NCBI GenBank assembly: GCA_036004845.1
Contig: DASYRA010000001.1
Coordinates: 71,554 to 135,553, forward strand
From: Candidatus Limnocylindria bacterium
GTDB lineage: Bacteria; Chloroflexota; Limnocylindria; QHBO01
Direction of reading: 5' to 3'
Length of the DNA stretch: 64,000 nt
Below, in pieces: positions 43,601 through 54,161 of this stretch (its first letter is position 1; each line of letters starts with the position of its first letter). The position numbers and the translations under genes were made by a program. A model generated the notes under the pieces. The model had not been told where the DNA came from, made no database searches, and was given only the letters and a program-made list of their open reading frames with translations.

Positions 43601-43987
43601 ATGCCCACGACCTTCCCCGACGATCGGCGCTACTCCCGTGAGCACGAGTGGGTCCGCGTCGAAGGCTCGGCCGCCGTCATCGGCATCACCAGCTTTGCCG
43701 CCGACGAGCTGGGTGACATCGTCTACGTTGAGCTTCCGGAGCTCGGCGCGAGCCTGGCTCAGTTCGCGAGCTTCGGCGTCGTCGAGAGCGTGAAGGCCGT
43801 GAGCGACCTGTTCGCGCCGGTCTCCGGAGAGGTGGCCGAGGTCAACGCCACCCTGCGGGCGAGCCCCGAGCTGCTCAACAGCGATCCCTTCGGGGCCGGA
43901 TGGATCGCGAAGGTCACGCTCGCCGACCCTGCAGAGATGGAGAAGCTCCTCGACGCGGCCGCCTACGCGGAGCTCACCGCCGGCTGA
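43601..43987 (+). CDS. gcvH: Glycine cleavage system H protein
   Basis: Lipoyl-Lys motif GVVESVKAVSDLFAPVSGEV. Confidence 0.9.
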   Translation: MPTTFPDDRRYSREHEWVRVEGSAAVIGITSFAADELGDIVYVELPELGASLAQFASFGVVESVKAVSDLFAPVSGEVAEVNATLRASPELLNSDPFGAGWIAKVTLADPAEMEKLLDAAAYAELTAG

Positions 43988-45330
43988 TGTCTTACTCGCC
44001 GCACACCGCCGCCGACCGCGAGCGGATGCTCGCCGTGATCGGGGTCGGCTCGGTCGACGACCTCTTCGCCGATATCCCCACCTCCGACCGCGCGCATCGG
44101 TTCGAGCTGCCCGCACCCCTCGCTGAGCAGGAGGTCCGCGCCGAGCTCGCCCGCCTCGCCGGGCGCAACCGCATCCCGGCCGTCAGCTTCCTGGGGGCCG
44201 GCGTCTACCGCCACCTCGTCCCGTCGGTGGTGAGCGAGGTGATCGGTCGCGCGGAATTCTCGACTTCGTACACGCCCTACCAGCCCGAGGTCAGCCAGGG
44301 GACGCTGCAGAGCATCTACGAGTTCCAGTCGCTGATCTGCGAGCTGACCGACATGGAGGTCGCCACCGCATCGCACTACGACGGTGCGACGGCCACCGCC
44401 GAGGCGGCGCTGATGGCGTGCCGGCTCACCGGTCGCCATCGGGTGGCGGTCTCAACGGCGGTGAACCCACAGGTGCGCCGCGTCCTCGCCACCTACTGCA
44501 CCGGGCCGGGAATCGAGATCGTCGAGGTGGGCGCCGACGTGGCTGACGGGGCGAGCGGCCTGACGCCACTGGACGCCGCCGCCGAGGCGCTGAAGGACGA
44601 CTGTGCCTGCCTGATCGCCCAGCAGCCGAACATGTTCGGCGGCATCGAGCCGATGGCGCAGCTGGCCGACGCCGCTCACGCGGCCGGCGCGCTGCTGGTG
44701 GCGGTGGTCGAGCCGACGTCACTCGCCCTGCTCTCCGCTCCAGGTTCCTACGGCGCCGACATCGTGGCCGCCGAGGGACAGCCACTCGGCATCCCGCCCT
44801 CCTACGGCGGCCCGTACGTGGGCCTGATGGCGGCGCGCATGGAGTCGGTGCGCCAGATGCCAGGCCGCCTGGTCGGCGCAACCCGCGACGGGCAGGGGCG
44901 CAAGGGATACGTGCTGACCCTCCAGGCCCGCGAGCAGCACATCCGGCGCGAGAAGGCGGCCAGCAACATCTGCACCAACCAGGCGCTGTGCGCTCTCGCC
45001 GCCGCGACGTTCCTGTCGGCCGTGGGGCCGGAGGGACTGCGCGAGATCGCCGACCTGTCGGCCACGCAGGCCCGCCACGTCGCCGCCGCGATCGAAGCGG
45101 CCGGCCTCGGGCAGCGGCGCTTCAGCGGCCCCTACTTCGCAGAGGTCGCGATCCGCGTTCCCGACGCGGCCCGCCGCCACGCGGCGATGGCTGAATCGGG
45201 GATCGTGGCGGGTTACCTCCTGGAGCGAGACTATCCCGAGCTGGCGGATACGCTCCTGCTGGCCGCGACCGAGCTGACGACCGACGCCGATATCGAGGCC
45301 CTGGTCGAGGCGCTGGGGTCGACCCGGTGA
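43987..45330 (+). CDS. gcvPA: Glycine dehydrogenase (decarboxylating) subunit 1
   Basis: MSYSPHTAADRERMLAVIG, SYTPYQPEVSQGTLQ. ATG overlaps the gcvH stop. The track ORF 43900-45330 is the same frame. Confidence 0.9.
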   Translation: MSYSPHTAADRERMLAVIGVGSVDDLFADIPTSDRAHRFELPAPLAEQEVRAELARLAGRNRIPAVSFLGAGVYRHLVPSVVSEVIGRAEFSTSYTPYQPEVSQGTLQSIYEFQSLICELTDMEVATASHYDGATATAEAALMACRLTGRHRVAVSTAVNPQVRRVLATYCTGPGIEIVEVGADVADGASGLTPLDAAAEALKDDCACLIAQQPNMFGGIEPMAQLADAAHAAGALLVAVVEPTSLALLSAPGSYGADIVAAEGQPLGIPPSYGGPYVGLMAARMESVRQMPGRLVGATRDGQGRKGYVLTLQAREQHIRREKAASNICTNQALCALAAATFLSAVGPEGLREIADLSATQARHVAAAIEAAGLGQRRFSGPYFAEVAIRVPDAARRHAAMAESGIVAGYLLERDYPELADTLLLAATELTTDADIEALVEALGSTR

Positions 45331-46961
45331 GCGTGCTCGAACGGCCGGCAGCCGGCGACCCCTCGGGCCGCGGCGCGGCGTTCACCTCCCCCGAGGCGGG
45401 GGAGGCGCTGACGATCATCGAGCCGCTCGTCTTCGACGCCTCGCGACCTGGCCGGCGCGGGGTCCGCTACCCGTCGCCTTCCAGCACCGCGCGCGCCGCC
45501 GCGAGCAGCCAGCCATCGATCCCCGAGACGGCCTCGCGCGCGACGGCGCCTCACCTGCCGGAGGTCGCCGAGCTCGACCTGCTGCGCCACTTCAATCGGC
45601 TCAGCCACCTGAACCACGCCATCGAGCTGGGCTTCTATCCACTGGGCTCGTGCACCATGAAGTACAACCCCAAGGTCAACGAGTGGGCGGCTCGACTCCC
45701 CGGCCTGGCGGAGTCGCACCCGCTCGACCCCGATGCACTGGCCCAGGGCAGCCTCGAGCTGGAGTGGCTGCTGGCTGACCTGCTCAAGGAGATCAGCGGC
45801 TTCGCCGCCATCAGCCTGCAGCCCGCCGCCGGCGCTCACGGCGAGCTGACCGGGCTCCTCATGGCGCGGGCCTACCATCGATCGCGCGGGGAGGGTGAGC
45901 AGCGCACCAAGGTCCTCGTGCCCGACAGCTCGCACGGGACGAACCCGGCGACCGCCACGATGGTCGGCTACACCGCCGTCACGATCCCGTCCAACTCGCG
46001 GGGCGGGATGGACCTCGACGCCCTGCGCGCCGCCCTCGGCCCGGACACCGCCGCGCTCATGATCACCAACCCCTCGACCCTCGGCATCTTCGAGGACCAG
46101 ATCGACCAGGTCGTTGCCGCGGTCCAGGGGGCGGGTGCCATCGCCTACATGGACGGCGCCAACCTGAACGCCATCCTCGGGCGCTTCCGGCCCGGCGAGG
46201 CCGGCTTCGACGTGATGCACTTCAACCTGCACAAGACCTTCTCGACGCCACACGGCGGGGGAGGCCCCGGCGCCGGCCCGGTTGGCGTCAGCGCTCGCCT
46301 CGCCCCCTTCCTGCCCACCCCGCTTCCACTGCTGGTCGCCGGCGATGCGGACGAGGTTCGGCGCAACGCCTGGTCCGGGAAAACGACGCCCGGGGCGCGC
46401 TTTGGGCTGGAGGAGCCGGGAGCGCGGCCGGAGAGCATCGGCAAGGTCCGGGCCTTCACCGGCAACTTCGGCATGTTCGTGCGCGCCTACACCTATATCC
46501 GCAGCAACGGCGGGGATGGGCTGCGCGAGGTGAGCAACGACGCGGTGCTGGCCGCCAACTACCTGCGCGTTCGCCTGGCCGATGCCTTCGACCTGCCCTA
46601 CGACCGCATCTGCAAGCACGAGGTCGTCTTCTCGGGTCGGCGCCAGAAGCGGCAGCACGGGGTCAGCACGCTGGACATCGCCAAGGCGATCCTCGACCAC
46701 CGCATCCATCCGCCCACGATCTACTTCCCGCTGATCGTTGAGGAGGCACTCATGATCGAGCCGACCGAGACAGAGTCGCTTGAAACCCTCGACGTATTCG
46801 TAGACGTGATGCACGACATCGCGCGACGCGCGGAGTCCGAACCGGAGGCGCTGAAGCGTGCGCCGCTGACCACGCCGGTCGGCCGCCTCGACGAGGCGAC
46901 GGCGGCTCGTCGTCCGGACCTGCGCTGGCGACCGGTGCCGGCGGTCGATCCCGAGCCGTGA
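45327..46961 (+). CDS. gcvPB: Glycine dehydrogenase (decarboxylating) subunit 2 (PLP-binding)
   Basis: HLNHAIELGFYPLGSCTMKYNP, PLP Lys in NLHKTFSTPHGGGGPG. Confidence 0.9.
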   Translation: MSVLERPAAGDPSGRGAAFTSPEAGEALTIIEPLVFDASRPGRRGVRYPSPSSTARAAASSQPSIPETASRATAPHLPEVAELDLLRHFNRLSHLNHAIELGFYPLGSCTMKYNPKVNEWAARLPGLAESHPLDPDALAQGSLELEWLLADLLKEISGFAAISLQPAAGAHGELTGLLMARAYHRSRGEGEQRTKVLVPDSSHGTNPATATMVGYTAVTIPSNSRGGMDLDALRAALGPDTAALMITNPSTLGIFEDQIDQVVAAVQGAGAIAYMDGANLNAILGRFRPGEAGFDVMHFNLHKTFSTPHGGGGPGAGPVGVSARLAPFLPTPLPLLVAGDADEVRRNAWSGKTTPGARFGLEEPGARPESIGKVRAFTGNFGMFVRAYTYIRSNGGDGLREVSNDAVLAANYLRVRLADAFDLPYDRICKHEVVFSGRRQKRQHGVSTLDIAKAILDHRIHPPTIYFPLIVEEALMIEPTETESLETLDVFVDVMHDIARRAESEPEALKRAPLTTPVGRLDEATAARRPDLRWRPVPAVDPEP

Positions 46962-46997
46962 CGGGATGGGCTGGACTGCTGTGATACCCTCCCCGCC

Positions 46998-47969
46998 ATG
47001 ACCGCCGTCCAGGAGCAGGCTGCCGGCTTCCAGAGCGGGGGAGCGCTGACGGGTGGCCGGAGCCTGCGCCAGATCATCTGGGCGCGCCTTCGGCGGGACC
47101 GCCTGGCGATGGTCTGCCTTATTGTCCTGATCCTGTACTTCGGCCTCGCCATCTTTGGCCGTCTGATCATCTCCGACCCCTCCGTCACGTTCGACGCATC
47201 GGCGATCGGCGAGGCGGGAGGGAAGCCCATCGGCGACTGGGGCGGCATCAGCGCCACGCATCCGCTCGGGGTCGAATGGGGGACCGGGCGAGACATCATG
47301 GGCCAGCTCGTCTGGGGCCTGGGGATCTCCCTCCTCATCGCGACCAGCGCGACGGCCATCACCGTTGCGATCGGGACTGTCGTCGGCATCGTGGCTGGCT
47401 ACACCGGCGGGTGGACCGACAATATCATCGGGCGCGTGATGGACCTGGTCCTCGCCTTCCCGTTCCTGCTCATCATCCTGGCGCTCTCCGGGGCACTCAC
47501 CCAGCGCCTCACCGACCTGGGAGTCCCCGATGGCAACCCATCGCGGATCCTCTACCTCATCCTCGTCCTCAGCGTCTTCGGCTGGCCGTACCTCGCCCGC
47601 ATCGTGCGCGGACAGGTGCTCAGCCTGCGCGAACGCGAATTCGTTGAATCGGCGGTCGCGATGGGGTCGAGCAAGCGCCGGATCCTCTTCACCGAGATCC
47701 TCCCGAACCTGTGGGCGCCGATCCTCGTCTACGCGACGCTCACGCTGCCGGCGTACATCGGGACCGAGGCGGCGCTCTCGTTCCTCGGCGTTGGCGTGCT
47801 CCCGCCTGAGACGACGTTCGGTCGCATGCTCGCCAATTCGGTGAGCTACTTCAACGTCGTCCCGACCTACCTGTTCATTCCCGGTACCCTGCTTGTCATC
47901 CTGGTGGTCTCGTTCAACCTCCTGGGAGACTCGCTGCGAGATGCACTCGACCCCAAGGCCATTCACTGA
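46998..47969 (+). CDS. ABC transporter permease (peptide/nickel type, DppC/OppC-like)
   Basis: 6 TM; EAA-like loop SLREREFVESAVAMGSSKRRILFTEILPN. Confidence 0.8.
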   Translation: MTAVQEQAAGFQSGGALTGGRSLRQIIWARLRRDRLAMVCLIVLILYFGLAIFGRLIISDPSVTFDASAIGEAGGKPIGDWGGISATHPLGVEWGTGRDIMGQLVWGLGISLLIATSATAITVAIGTVVGIVAGYTGGWTDNIIGRVMDLVLAFPFLLIILALSGALTQRLTDLGVPDGNPSRILYLILVLSVFGWPYLARIVRGQVLSLREREFVESAVAMGSSKRRILFTEILPNLWAPILVYATLTLPAYIGTEAALSFLGVGVLPPETTFGRMLANSVSYFNVVPTYLFIPGTLLVILVVSFNLLGDSLRDALDPKAIH

Positions 47970-48098
47970 TTCGGCCTTGAACTCAGATCGGTGGCATGCA
48001 GCCGCTGACACTTGCGTCGCGCACGGTGTCTGCGTGTATCATCCGCCGTATTAACTTGCGCCGGGACTTCCCGGGCCCAACTCGTTGGAGGATGGAAC

Positions 48099-49877
48099 AT
48101 GGTCAGATTAGACGTACGGGTGTCCCGTGCCTTGGCCCTTGGCTTCGCCGCCGTGCTCACGCTGGCAGCCTGTGGTCCCGGCACGAGCCCAAGCGCGTCG
48201 ACAAGCGAGACGGGCGGGGAAAGCGCCGGCCCGTCAGGAGGCCCGCAGGCCGGCGGAACGATCTTCGTCCTGACACAGGCCGAGCAGATCGACCAGATCG
48301 ACCCGCAGCGCATGTATACCGGTGAGGACCTCGCCCTCTTCGGCGGCACCGTCTATCGGTCGCTCACCGCCTACAAGTTCTCGCCGGACGCCGTGGAAGG
48401 CACCTCGCTGACTCCGGACCTGGCAACCGACCTCGGGACGCCGAACGCCGACGCGACTTCCTGGAGCTTCACGCTCAAGGACGGTGTCACGTTCGACACT
48501 GGCGCGGACATCACCTGCGAGGACGTCAAGTACGGTGTCTCGCGGACGTTCGCAACCGACGTCATCAACCAGGGTCCGACCTACGCGGTCGCCTACCTCG
48601 ACATCCCGACCGACGCGGATGGGTCCTCGTCCTACAAGGGTCCCTACACCGGCGTGGGCCAGGATCTGTTCGACCAGGCCGTCACCTGCGAGGGCAAGAC
48701 GATCACCTTCAACCTGAACAAGCCGGTCGCGGACTTCAACTACACCGTGACGCTCGGCTTCTCCCCGGTCCCGGCAGACGCCGACACGGGCGAGACCTAC
48801 GGGCAGCCCGGCTCTCTGGCCGTGGCCTCGGGTCCCTACAAGTTCGAGAGCTATTCCACCGGCAACGGTGGCAAGATGGTCCTCGTCCGGAACGACGCTT
48901 GGGATCCGGCAAGCGATGGCTACCGCGGTGCCTATCCCGACAAGTGGGAGATCGACTTCGGGATCGACCCGAAGGTGCTCGACCAGCGGCTCATCGCCGC
49001 CTCGGGCAATGACCAGTACGCGGTGCAGTACGGCAACGTGCAGCCCGAGAACCTGGACCTGATCTTCGCGGACAATCAGACCGCGAACCCTGATTTCGAA
49101 GGTCGCGCAATCAGCGGCTTCGATCCGTACTCGCGGTACTACTACATCGACGTCAACAAGGTCCCGAACGTCAAGATCCGGCAGGCCATGGCGGTCGCGC
49201 TCGACCGTGAAGCCATCCGTCTGAACATCGGCGGCGAGTTCGCCGGCGAGTTCGCCGACGGGCTGATCAAGCCGAACATCGGGCAGGACTATGCTCCAAC
49301 CGGCTTCTGGGACAGCTTCTTCGGGGAGCCCATCCCGGACTCCGGCGACCCCGAGCTTGCCAAGCAGTTGATCGCGGATTCGGGCGAAGCAGCACCGTCG
49401 CTGACCTTCAACTTCCCCGACACCCCGACCAACCAGCAGACGGCCGCGATCGTCATCCAGTCACTGGGTGAGGCTGGCATCACTGTCACGCCGAATCCGA
49501 TCGAGCCCGGCATCTACTACAGCGTCGTCTTCGATCCGGGGAACCCCGGCGACTTCGGCACCGCTGGATGGGGCGCTGACTGGCCGAACGCCTCGACCGT
49601 CATCCCTCCGCTCCTCACCCAGGTCGGTGGCTGGGACCTCTCCCAGCTGGATGATCCCGACATCAACGCCGAAGTTCAGGCAGCAGCGACAGAGCTCGAC
49701 CGCGCAAAGCAGGCGACCCTGTGGCAGGCGCTGAACAAGAAGGCGTCCGAGAACGTCTACATCATCCCGACCTTCTTCGGGCTGAGCCAGACGCTGGCCG
49801 GCACGAAGGTCGCACCCGCCTATCGCTGGTCCGCCTACGGCTCGTGGCCGTACGGTCAGATGTACGTCCTCCCGTAG
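48099..49877 (+). CDS. ABC transporter substrate-binding lipoprotein (family 5)
   Basis: Signal peptide plus lipobox LTLAACG; GGAGGA RBS before the ATG at about 48099. SBP_bac_5-like architecture. The track ORF starts at 48012. Confidence 0.75.
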   Translation: MVRLDVRVSRALALGFAAVLTLAACGPGTSPSASTSETGGESAGPSGGPQAGGTIFVLTQAEQIDQIDPQRMYTGEDLALFGGTVYRSLTAYKFSPDAVEGTSLTPDLATDLGTPNADATSWSFTLKDGVTFDTGADITCEDVKYGVSRTFATDVINQGPTYAVAYLDIPTDADGSSSYKGPYTGVGQDLFDQAVTCEGKTITFNLNKPVADFNYTVTLGFSPVPADADTGETYGQPGSLAVASGPYKFESYSTGNGGKMVLVRNDAWDPASDGYRGAYPDKWEIDFGIDPKVLDQRLIAASGNDQYAVQYGNVQPENLDLIFADNQTANPDFEGRAISGFDPYSRYYYIDVNKVPNVKIRQAMAVALDREAIRLNIGGEFAGEFADGLIKPNIGQDYAPTGFWDSFFGEPIPDSGDPELAKQLIADSGEAAPSLTFNFPDTPTNQQTAAIVIQSLGEAGITVTPNPIEPGIYYSVVFDPGNPGDFGTAGWGADWPNASTVIPPLLTQVGGWDLSQLDDPDINAEVQAAATELDRAKQATLWQALNKKASENVYIIPTFFGLSQTLAGTKVAPAYRWSAYGSWPYGQMYVLP

Positions 49878-49915
49878 GGGAACAAACCAGCGTAGTTAGG
49901 AACTAGCGTTCAGGT

Positions 49916-49948
49916 CCCCGGGGGAGCGGCGAGACCGCTCCCCCGGGG
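49916..49948 (+). terminator. Perfect 14-bp GC-rich stem-loop (CCCCGGGGGAGCGG-CGAGA-CCGCTCCCCCGGGG) between the SBP gene and the next permease gene; no U-tract
   Basis: Read directly from the sequence. Intra-operon position, typical of mRNA-stabilising or attenuating hairpins downstream of SBP genes. Confidence 0.45.
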
Positions 49949-49993
49949 ACGCAACCTTTCGCCACCGGAAATCGCGATCGGAGGGCAGACAGG

Positions 49994-50986
49994 GTGTTCG
50001 CATACTTGGTTCGCCGAGTGCTCAGCATGATCCTGCTGCTGTTCCTCCTCAGCATCTCCGTCTTCTTCCTCTTCACGCTCGTGCCTGGCGACCCCGCCCG
50101 GCTCACGTGCGGGAAGGCCTGCACGCCGATCATCATCGAGCAGAACCGCCATCGCCTCGGCCTCGATGAGCCGATCCTGACCCAGTACGTCAAGTTCGTG
50201 TCGGGCATCTTCGTCGGGCGCACCTTCTCCCCCGAGTCGCCCCAGCCGATCGAGTGCGAAGCTCCGTGCCTCGGCTACTCCTTCACTCGACATGAGGAGG
50301 TGATGTCGATCATCTCCCGTGCGGCCCCCACCACGTTCTTCCTTGCGATCGGGGCCTTCATCATCTGGATCTTCTTCGGCCTGACCTTGGGTATCATCGC
50401 CGCGCTCAACCGCGGAAAGTGGGCCGACCGGCTCATCATGGGGATCTCCCTCGTCGGCTACTCGATGCCGTCGTTCTTCATCGGGCTGGTGCTGATCTTC
50501 TTCGTCATCATCAAATGGGCGTGGCTGCCCTTCCCCTCGTACATCTCGCCGTGGGAGAACCCATTCCAGTTCTTCCAGACGATGCTCCTGCCGTGGATCG
50601 TGCTGGCGAGCCTGTACGCGGCGTTCTACATCCGCCTGACGCGCAACCAGGTGCTGGAGGTGCTCGGTGACGACTACGTCCGGACCGCGCGCGCCAAGGG
50701 CCTGCGGGAGCGCAGGGTCGTGGTCAAGCACGCGCTGCGGGCGGGCCTGACCCCTATCGTCACGGCGGCCGGCCTGGACCTCGCCGGCCTGCTGGGCGGC
50801 GCCATCATCTCGGAGAACATCTTCAGCCTGCCGGGGCTCGGCTCGCTCGCGGTCAGCTCGGTCACCGGGTCAGACCTGCCGGTGATCAGCGGGCTCCTGA
50901 TGCTGACGGCATCGATCATCATCTTCGCGAACATGGTTGTGGATGTGCTCTACGCGGTGATCGACCCGCGCGTGCGCATCACATGA
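49994..50986 (+). CDS. ABC transporter permease (DppB/OppB-like)
   Basis: 6 TM; EAA loop RTARAKGLRERRVVVKHALR. Confidence 0.8.
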   Translation: MFAYLVRRVLSMILLLFLLSISVFFLFTLVPGDPARLTCGKACTPIIIEQNRHRLGLDEPILTQYVKFVSGIFVGRTFSPESPQPIECEAPCLGYSFTRHEEVMSIISRAAPTTFFLAIGAFIIWIFFGLTLGIIAALNRGKWADRLIMGISLVGYSMPSFFIGLVLIFFVIIKWAWLPFPSYISPWENPFQFFQTMLLPWIVLASLYAAFYIRLTRNQVLEVLGDDYVRTARAKGLRERRVVVKHALRAGLTPIVTAAGLDLAGLLGGAIISENIFSLPGLGSLAVSSVTGSDLPVISGLLMLTASIIIFANMVVDVLYAVIDPRVRIT

Positions 50987-52074
50987 CATCCTCCATCAGC
51001 GACCTGCCGATCAGCGACATGCCGGTCGCCGGCTCACTCGACCGGCCGTTCCTCACCGTCAACAACCTCTCCGTCACCTTCCCCACCGAGGACGGCCTCG
51101 TCCAGGCGGTAGATGGCGTCTCGCTCACCCTGGAGCGCGGCAAGACGCTGGCGATCGTCGGTGAGTCGGGCTCGGGCAAGAGCGTCACCGCCCAGGCGAT
51201 CATGGGCCTCGTCAACCGGAAGGCGGCGAAGGTCACCGGCGAGATCTGGCTCGACGGACAGGAGCTGATTCGCCTGCCGCAGGCCGAGGTCCAGGAGCTC
51301 ATGGGCTCGGAGATCGCAATGATCTTCCAGGACCCGATGTCGAGCCTGCACCCCTTCTACCGGATCGGCGACCAGATCGTCGAGGCAATCCAGGCGCATC
51401 GGTCGCTCGCAAAGTCGGCGGCGCGTCGCGAGACGCTCGAGATGCTGAAGCACGTCGGCATCCCGGCGCCCGAGCGGCGCATCGATGCTTATCCCCATCA
51501 GCTCTCGGGCGGCATGCGGCAGCGCGTGATGATCGCCATGGCCCTGATCAACTCCCCGCAGCTGCTCATCGCCGATGAGCCGACGACGGCACTCGACGTC
51601 ACCGTCCAGGCGCAGATCCTCGAGCTGATCTCGCGCCTGCAGGGCGAGTTCGGGACAACGGTCATCCTGATCACTCACGACCTGGGGATCGTCGCCGACG
51701 TCGCCGACGATGTCGCGGTCATGTACGGGGGCCGGATCGTCGAGCTCGCCTCGACGGCGGCACTCTACGACCTGCCCGAGATGCCGTACACACTCGGGCT
51801 GCTCTCCTCGATCCCACGCATGGACCGCAAGCTGCCCGAGCGGCTCGACCCGATTCGCGGCAACCCGCCGTCACCCATCAAGCTGCCGAAGGGCTGCGTC
51901 TTCCAACCCCGCTGCGACTACTGGGAGCGCGTCCCGGGCGACGCCTGCAAGACCGTTCGCCCCGAGCTGCTGGAGTCCGATCCCGACCACTTCGTGCGCT
52001 GCCACCTGAAGATCGAGGAGCGGCAGCAGATCTCGCGCGACGTGAAGCAGATTTTGGCGGGAGGCCCGCAGTGA
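50983..52074 (+). CDS. ABC transporter ATP-binding protein (DppD/OppD-like)
   Basis: Walker A GESGSGKS, signature LSGGMRQR, Walker [13 protein letters not shown]. Confidence 0.9.
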   Translation: MTSSISDLPISDMPVAGSLDRPFLTVNNLSVTFPTEDGLVQAVDGVSLTLERGKTLAIVGESGSGKSVTAQAIMGLVNRKAAKVTGEIWLDGQELIRLPQAEVQELMGSEIAMIFQDPMSSLHPFYRIGDQIVEAIQAHRSLAKSAARRETLEMLKHVGIPAPERRIDAYPHQLSGGMRQRVMIAMALINSPQLLIADEPTTALDVTVQAQILELISRLQGEFGTTVILITHDLGIVADVADDVAVMYGGRIVELASTAALYDLPEMPYTLGLLSSIPRMDRKLPERLDPIRGNPPSPIKLPKGCVFQPRCDYWERVPGDACKTVRPELLESDPDHFVRCHLKIEERQQISRDVKQILAGGPQ

Positions 52075-53219
52075 CGGTCGAGGCCGGCAGGGAGGTCCTG
52101 CGCGTCTCCGAGCTCCGGACGCACTTCCCCGTTCGCTCACGGGGAATCATCCCCCGCACCATCGGGGCGGTGAAGGCGGTCGATGGCATCGACCTGAACC
52201 TGGGCGCCGCCGAGACACTGGGTCTCGTCGGCGAGAGCGGGTCCGGCAAGACGACCGCGGCGAGGTCGATCCTGATGCTGGTGCGGCCGACCGGAGGCCG
52301 TGTCGAGATCGACGGCCAGGAGGTCCAGAGCCTCTCAGCGAAAGCGCTGACGCCGATCCGGCGCAAGGCGCAGATGATCTTCCAGGATCCGTACAACGCC
52401 CTGAACCCGCGCCACACGGTCGGGGCGATCATCAGCGCCCCGTTCAAGATCCAGGAGGTGGAGCCGCCGGGCGGGGTCAAGCAGGCGGTGCTGGAGCTGA
52501 TGGATCGCGTCGGCCTGAACCCGGAGCACTACAACCGCTACCCGAACGAGTTCTCGGGCGGGCAGCGCCAGCGGATCGGGGTCGCCAGGGCGATCGCCCT
52601 GAAGCCGAAGCTGATCGTGTGCGACGAGCCGGTCTCGGCCCTCGACGTCTCGATCCAGGCCCAGATCCTCAACCTGCTGCGTGACCTGCAGCGAGAGTTC
52701 GGCATCGCCTACCTGTTCGTCGCCCACGACCTCGCCGTCGTTCGCCAGATCTCCCACCGCGTCGCGGTGATGTACCTCGGCAAGATCATGGAGACCGCGT
52801 CGCGGGAGGTGCTCTACTCGGCGCCGCTCCACCCATACACGCACTCGCTGCTCTCGGCGGTGCCGATCCCGGATCCGGCTCGCCAGGCACGACGCAAGAC
52901 CAGGATCGTCCTCCACGGCGACCTTCCAAGCCCGATCGACCCGCCAAGCGGCTGCGTCTTCCGGACTCGCTGCTTCCAGGCGCAGGAGAAGTGTGCCATC
53001 GAGGTGCCGCCGCTCATCGAGCTCGAGCCGGGCCACAAAGTCGCCTGCCACTTCCCGATCAAGGTCGAGGACCTGCCCTCGCGGGTCGAGGTGGAGGAGG
53101 TCACGGTCGCCCAGCAGGATGCGACCCTCGGCGTCGACGGCGCGGCCGACGACAAGAAAGAGGTGCCGGAGGGGGTCGAGGGTCCGCACTTCTCGGAGCC
53201 TGGGCCGCCTCACGCCTGA
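52071..53219 (+). CDS. ABC transporter ATP-binding protein (DppF/OppF-like)
   Basis: Walker A GESGSGKTT, signature FSGGQRQR, Walker B LIVCDEPVSALD. Confidence 0.9.
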   Translation: MTVEAGREVLRVSELRTHFPVRSRGIIPRTIGAVKAVDGIDLNLGAAETLGLVGESGSGKTTAARSILMLVRPTGGRVEIDGQEVQSLSAKALTPIRRKAQMIFQDPYNALNPRHTVGAIISAPFKIQEVEPPGGVKQAVLELMDRVGLNPEHYNRYPNEFSGGQRQRIGVARAIALKPKLIVCDEPVSALDVSIQAQILNLLRDLQREFGIAYLFVAHDLAVVRQISHRVAVMYLGKIMETASREVLYSAPLHPYTHSLLSAVPIPDPARQARRKTRIVLHGDLPSPIDPPSGCVFRTRCFQAQEKCAIEVPPLIELEPGHKVACHFPIKVEDLPSRVEVEEVTVAQQDATLGVDGAADDKKEVPEGVEGPHFSEPGPPHA

Positions 53220-53273
53220 GTGACGGCGCGCGCCGCCAACCTGGCTGGGCCGCCGTCGCGTTAGGCTTCCCGC

Positions 53274-54161
53274 GTGGAGTACCGGATCGGGCTGGCGCAG
53301 TACGCCCCGCGCCTCGGTGAGGTCGACGACAACCTCGAGCTGGCTCGTGGCTGGCTGCGCCGCGCCGTCGGCGAAGGGGCGCAGCTCGTCGCCTTCCCGG
53401 AGCTGGCGCTGAGTGGCTACCTCCTCTCGGACCTGGTGCCGGAGGTGGCGATGCCGGCCAACGACCCTCGCCTGGCGGCCCTCAGCCGCGAGGCACCCGG
53501 CGTCGTGCTCGCCATCGGCTTCGTCGAGGAGACCGACGCGCATCGGTTCTGCAACAGCGCCGCGCTGCTGCGCGACGGGGAGCTGATCGGCCTGCACCGC
53601 AAGGTCTACCTGCCGACCTACGGCCTCTTCGACGAGGGCCGCTTCACCCGCGCGGGAGACCGGATCCGGACCCACCCGGTGGGGGAGCCGATCGGCAGCA
53701 TCGGCCTGAGCATCTGCGAGGACTTCTGGCATGCCAGCCTGCCGATGCTCCAGGCGCTCGACGGCGCCAGCCTGCTCGTCAATCTGGCGGCCGGTCCGGC
53801 ACGCGCTCCCGGCAGTTCGGCCGGGCTGGCGGCGATCGCCGGCTGGCACAAGATGCAGGACACCTACGCGCTCCTGGGCACGGTGCCGGTCGCCTTCTGC
53901 AACCGGGTCGGCAACGAGGAGGGACTCACCTTCTGGGGCGGCTCGCGCCTCCTCGGAGCCGATGGGTCGACGATCGCGGAGGGCCCCCTGTACGAGGAGG
54001 CGCTGGTCCTCGGCTCGATCGACACCGACGACCTGCGCATGCAGCGCTACGGGCTGCCGCTCCTCTCCGACGAGCGGCTCGAGCTGGTCCGGCGGGAGCT
54101 GGATCGGATCATCGCCGAGCGAGCCGGGATGCCGGCCCCACCCGACGAGGGCGAGGCGTGA
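53274..54161 (+). CDS. Carbon-nitrogen hydrolase (nitrilase superfamily); probable glutaminase partner of NadE
   Basis: E-K-C triad in context: FPELALSGY, HRKVYLP, GLSICEDFW. Overlaps nadE by 4 nt. Confidence 0.75.
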   Translation: MEYRIGLAQYAPRLGEVDDNLELARGWLRRAVGEGAQLVAFPELALSGYLLSDLVPEVAMPANDPRLAALSREAPGVVLAIGFVEETDAHRFCNSAALLRDGELIGLHRKVYLPTYGLFDEGRFTRAGDRIRTHPVGEPIGSIGLSICEDFWHASLPMLQALDGASLLVNLAAGPARAPGSSAGLAAIAGWHKMQDTYALLGTVPVAFCNRVGNEEGLTFWGGSRLLGADGSTIAEGPLYEEALVLGSIDTDDLRMQRYGLPLLSDERLELVRRELDRIIAERAGMPAPPDEGEA

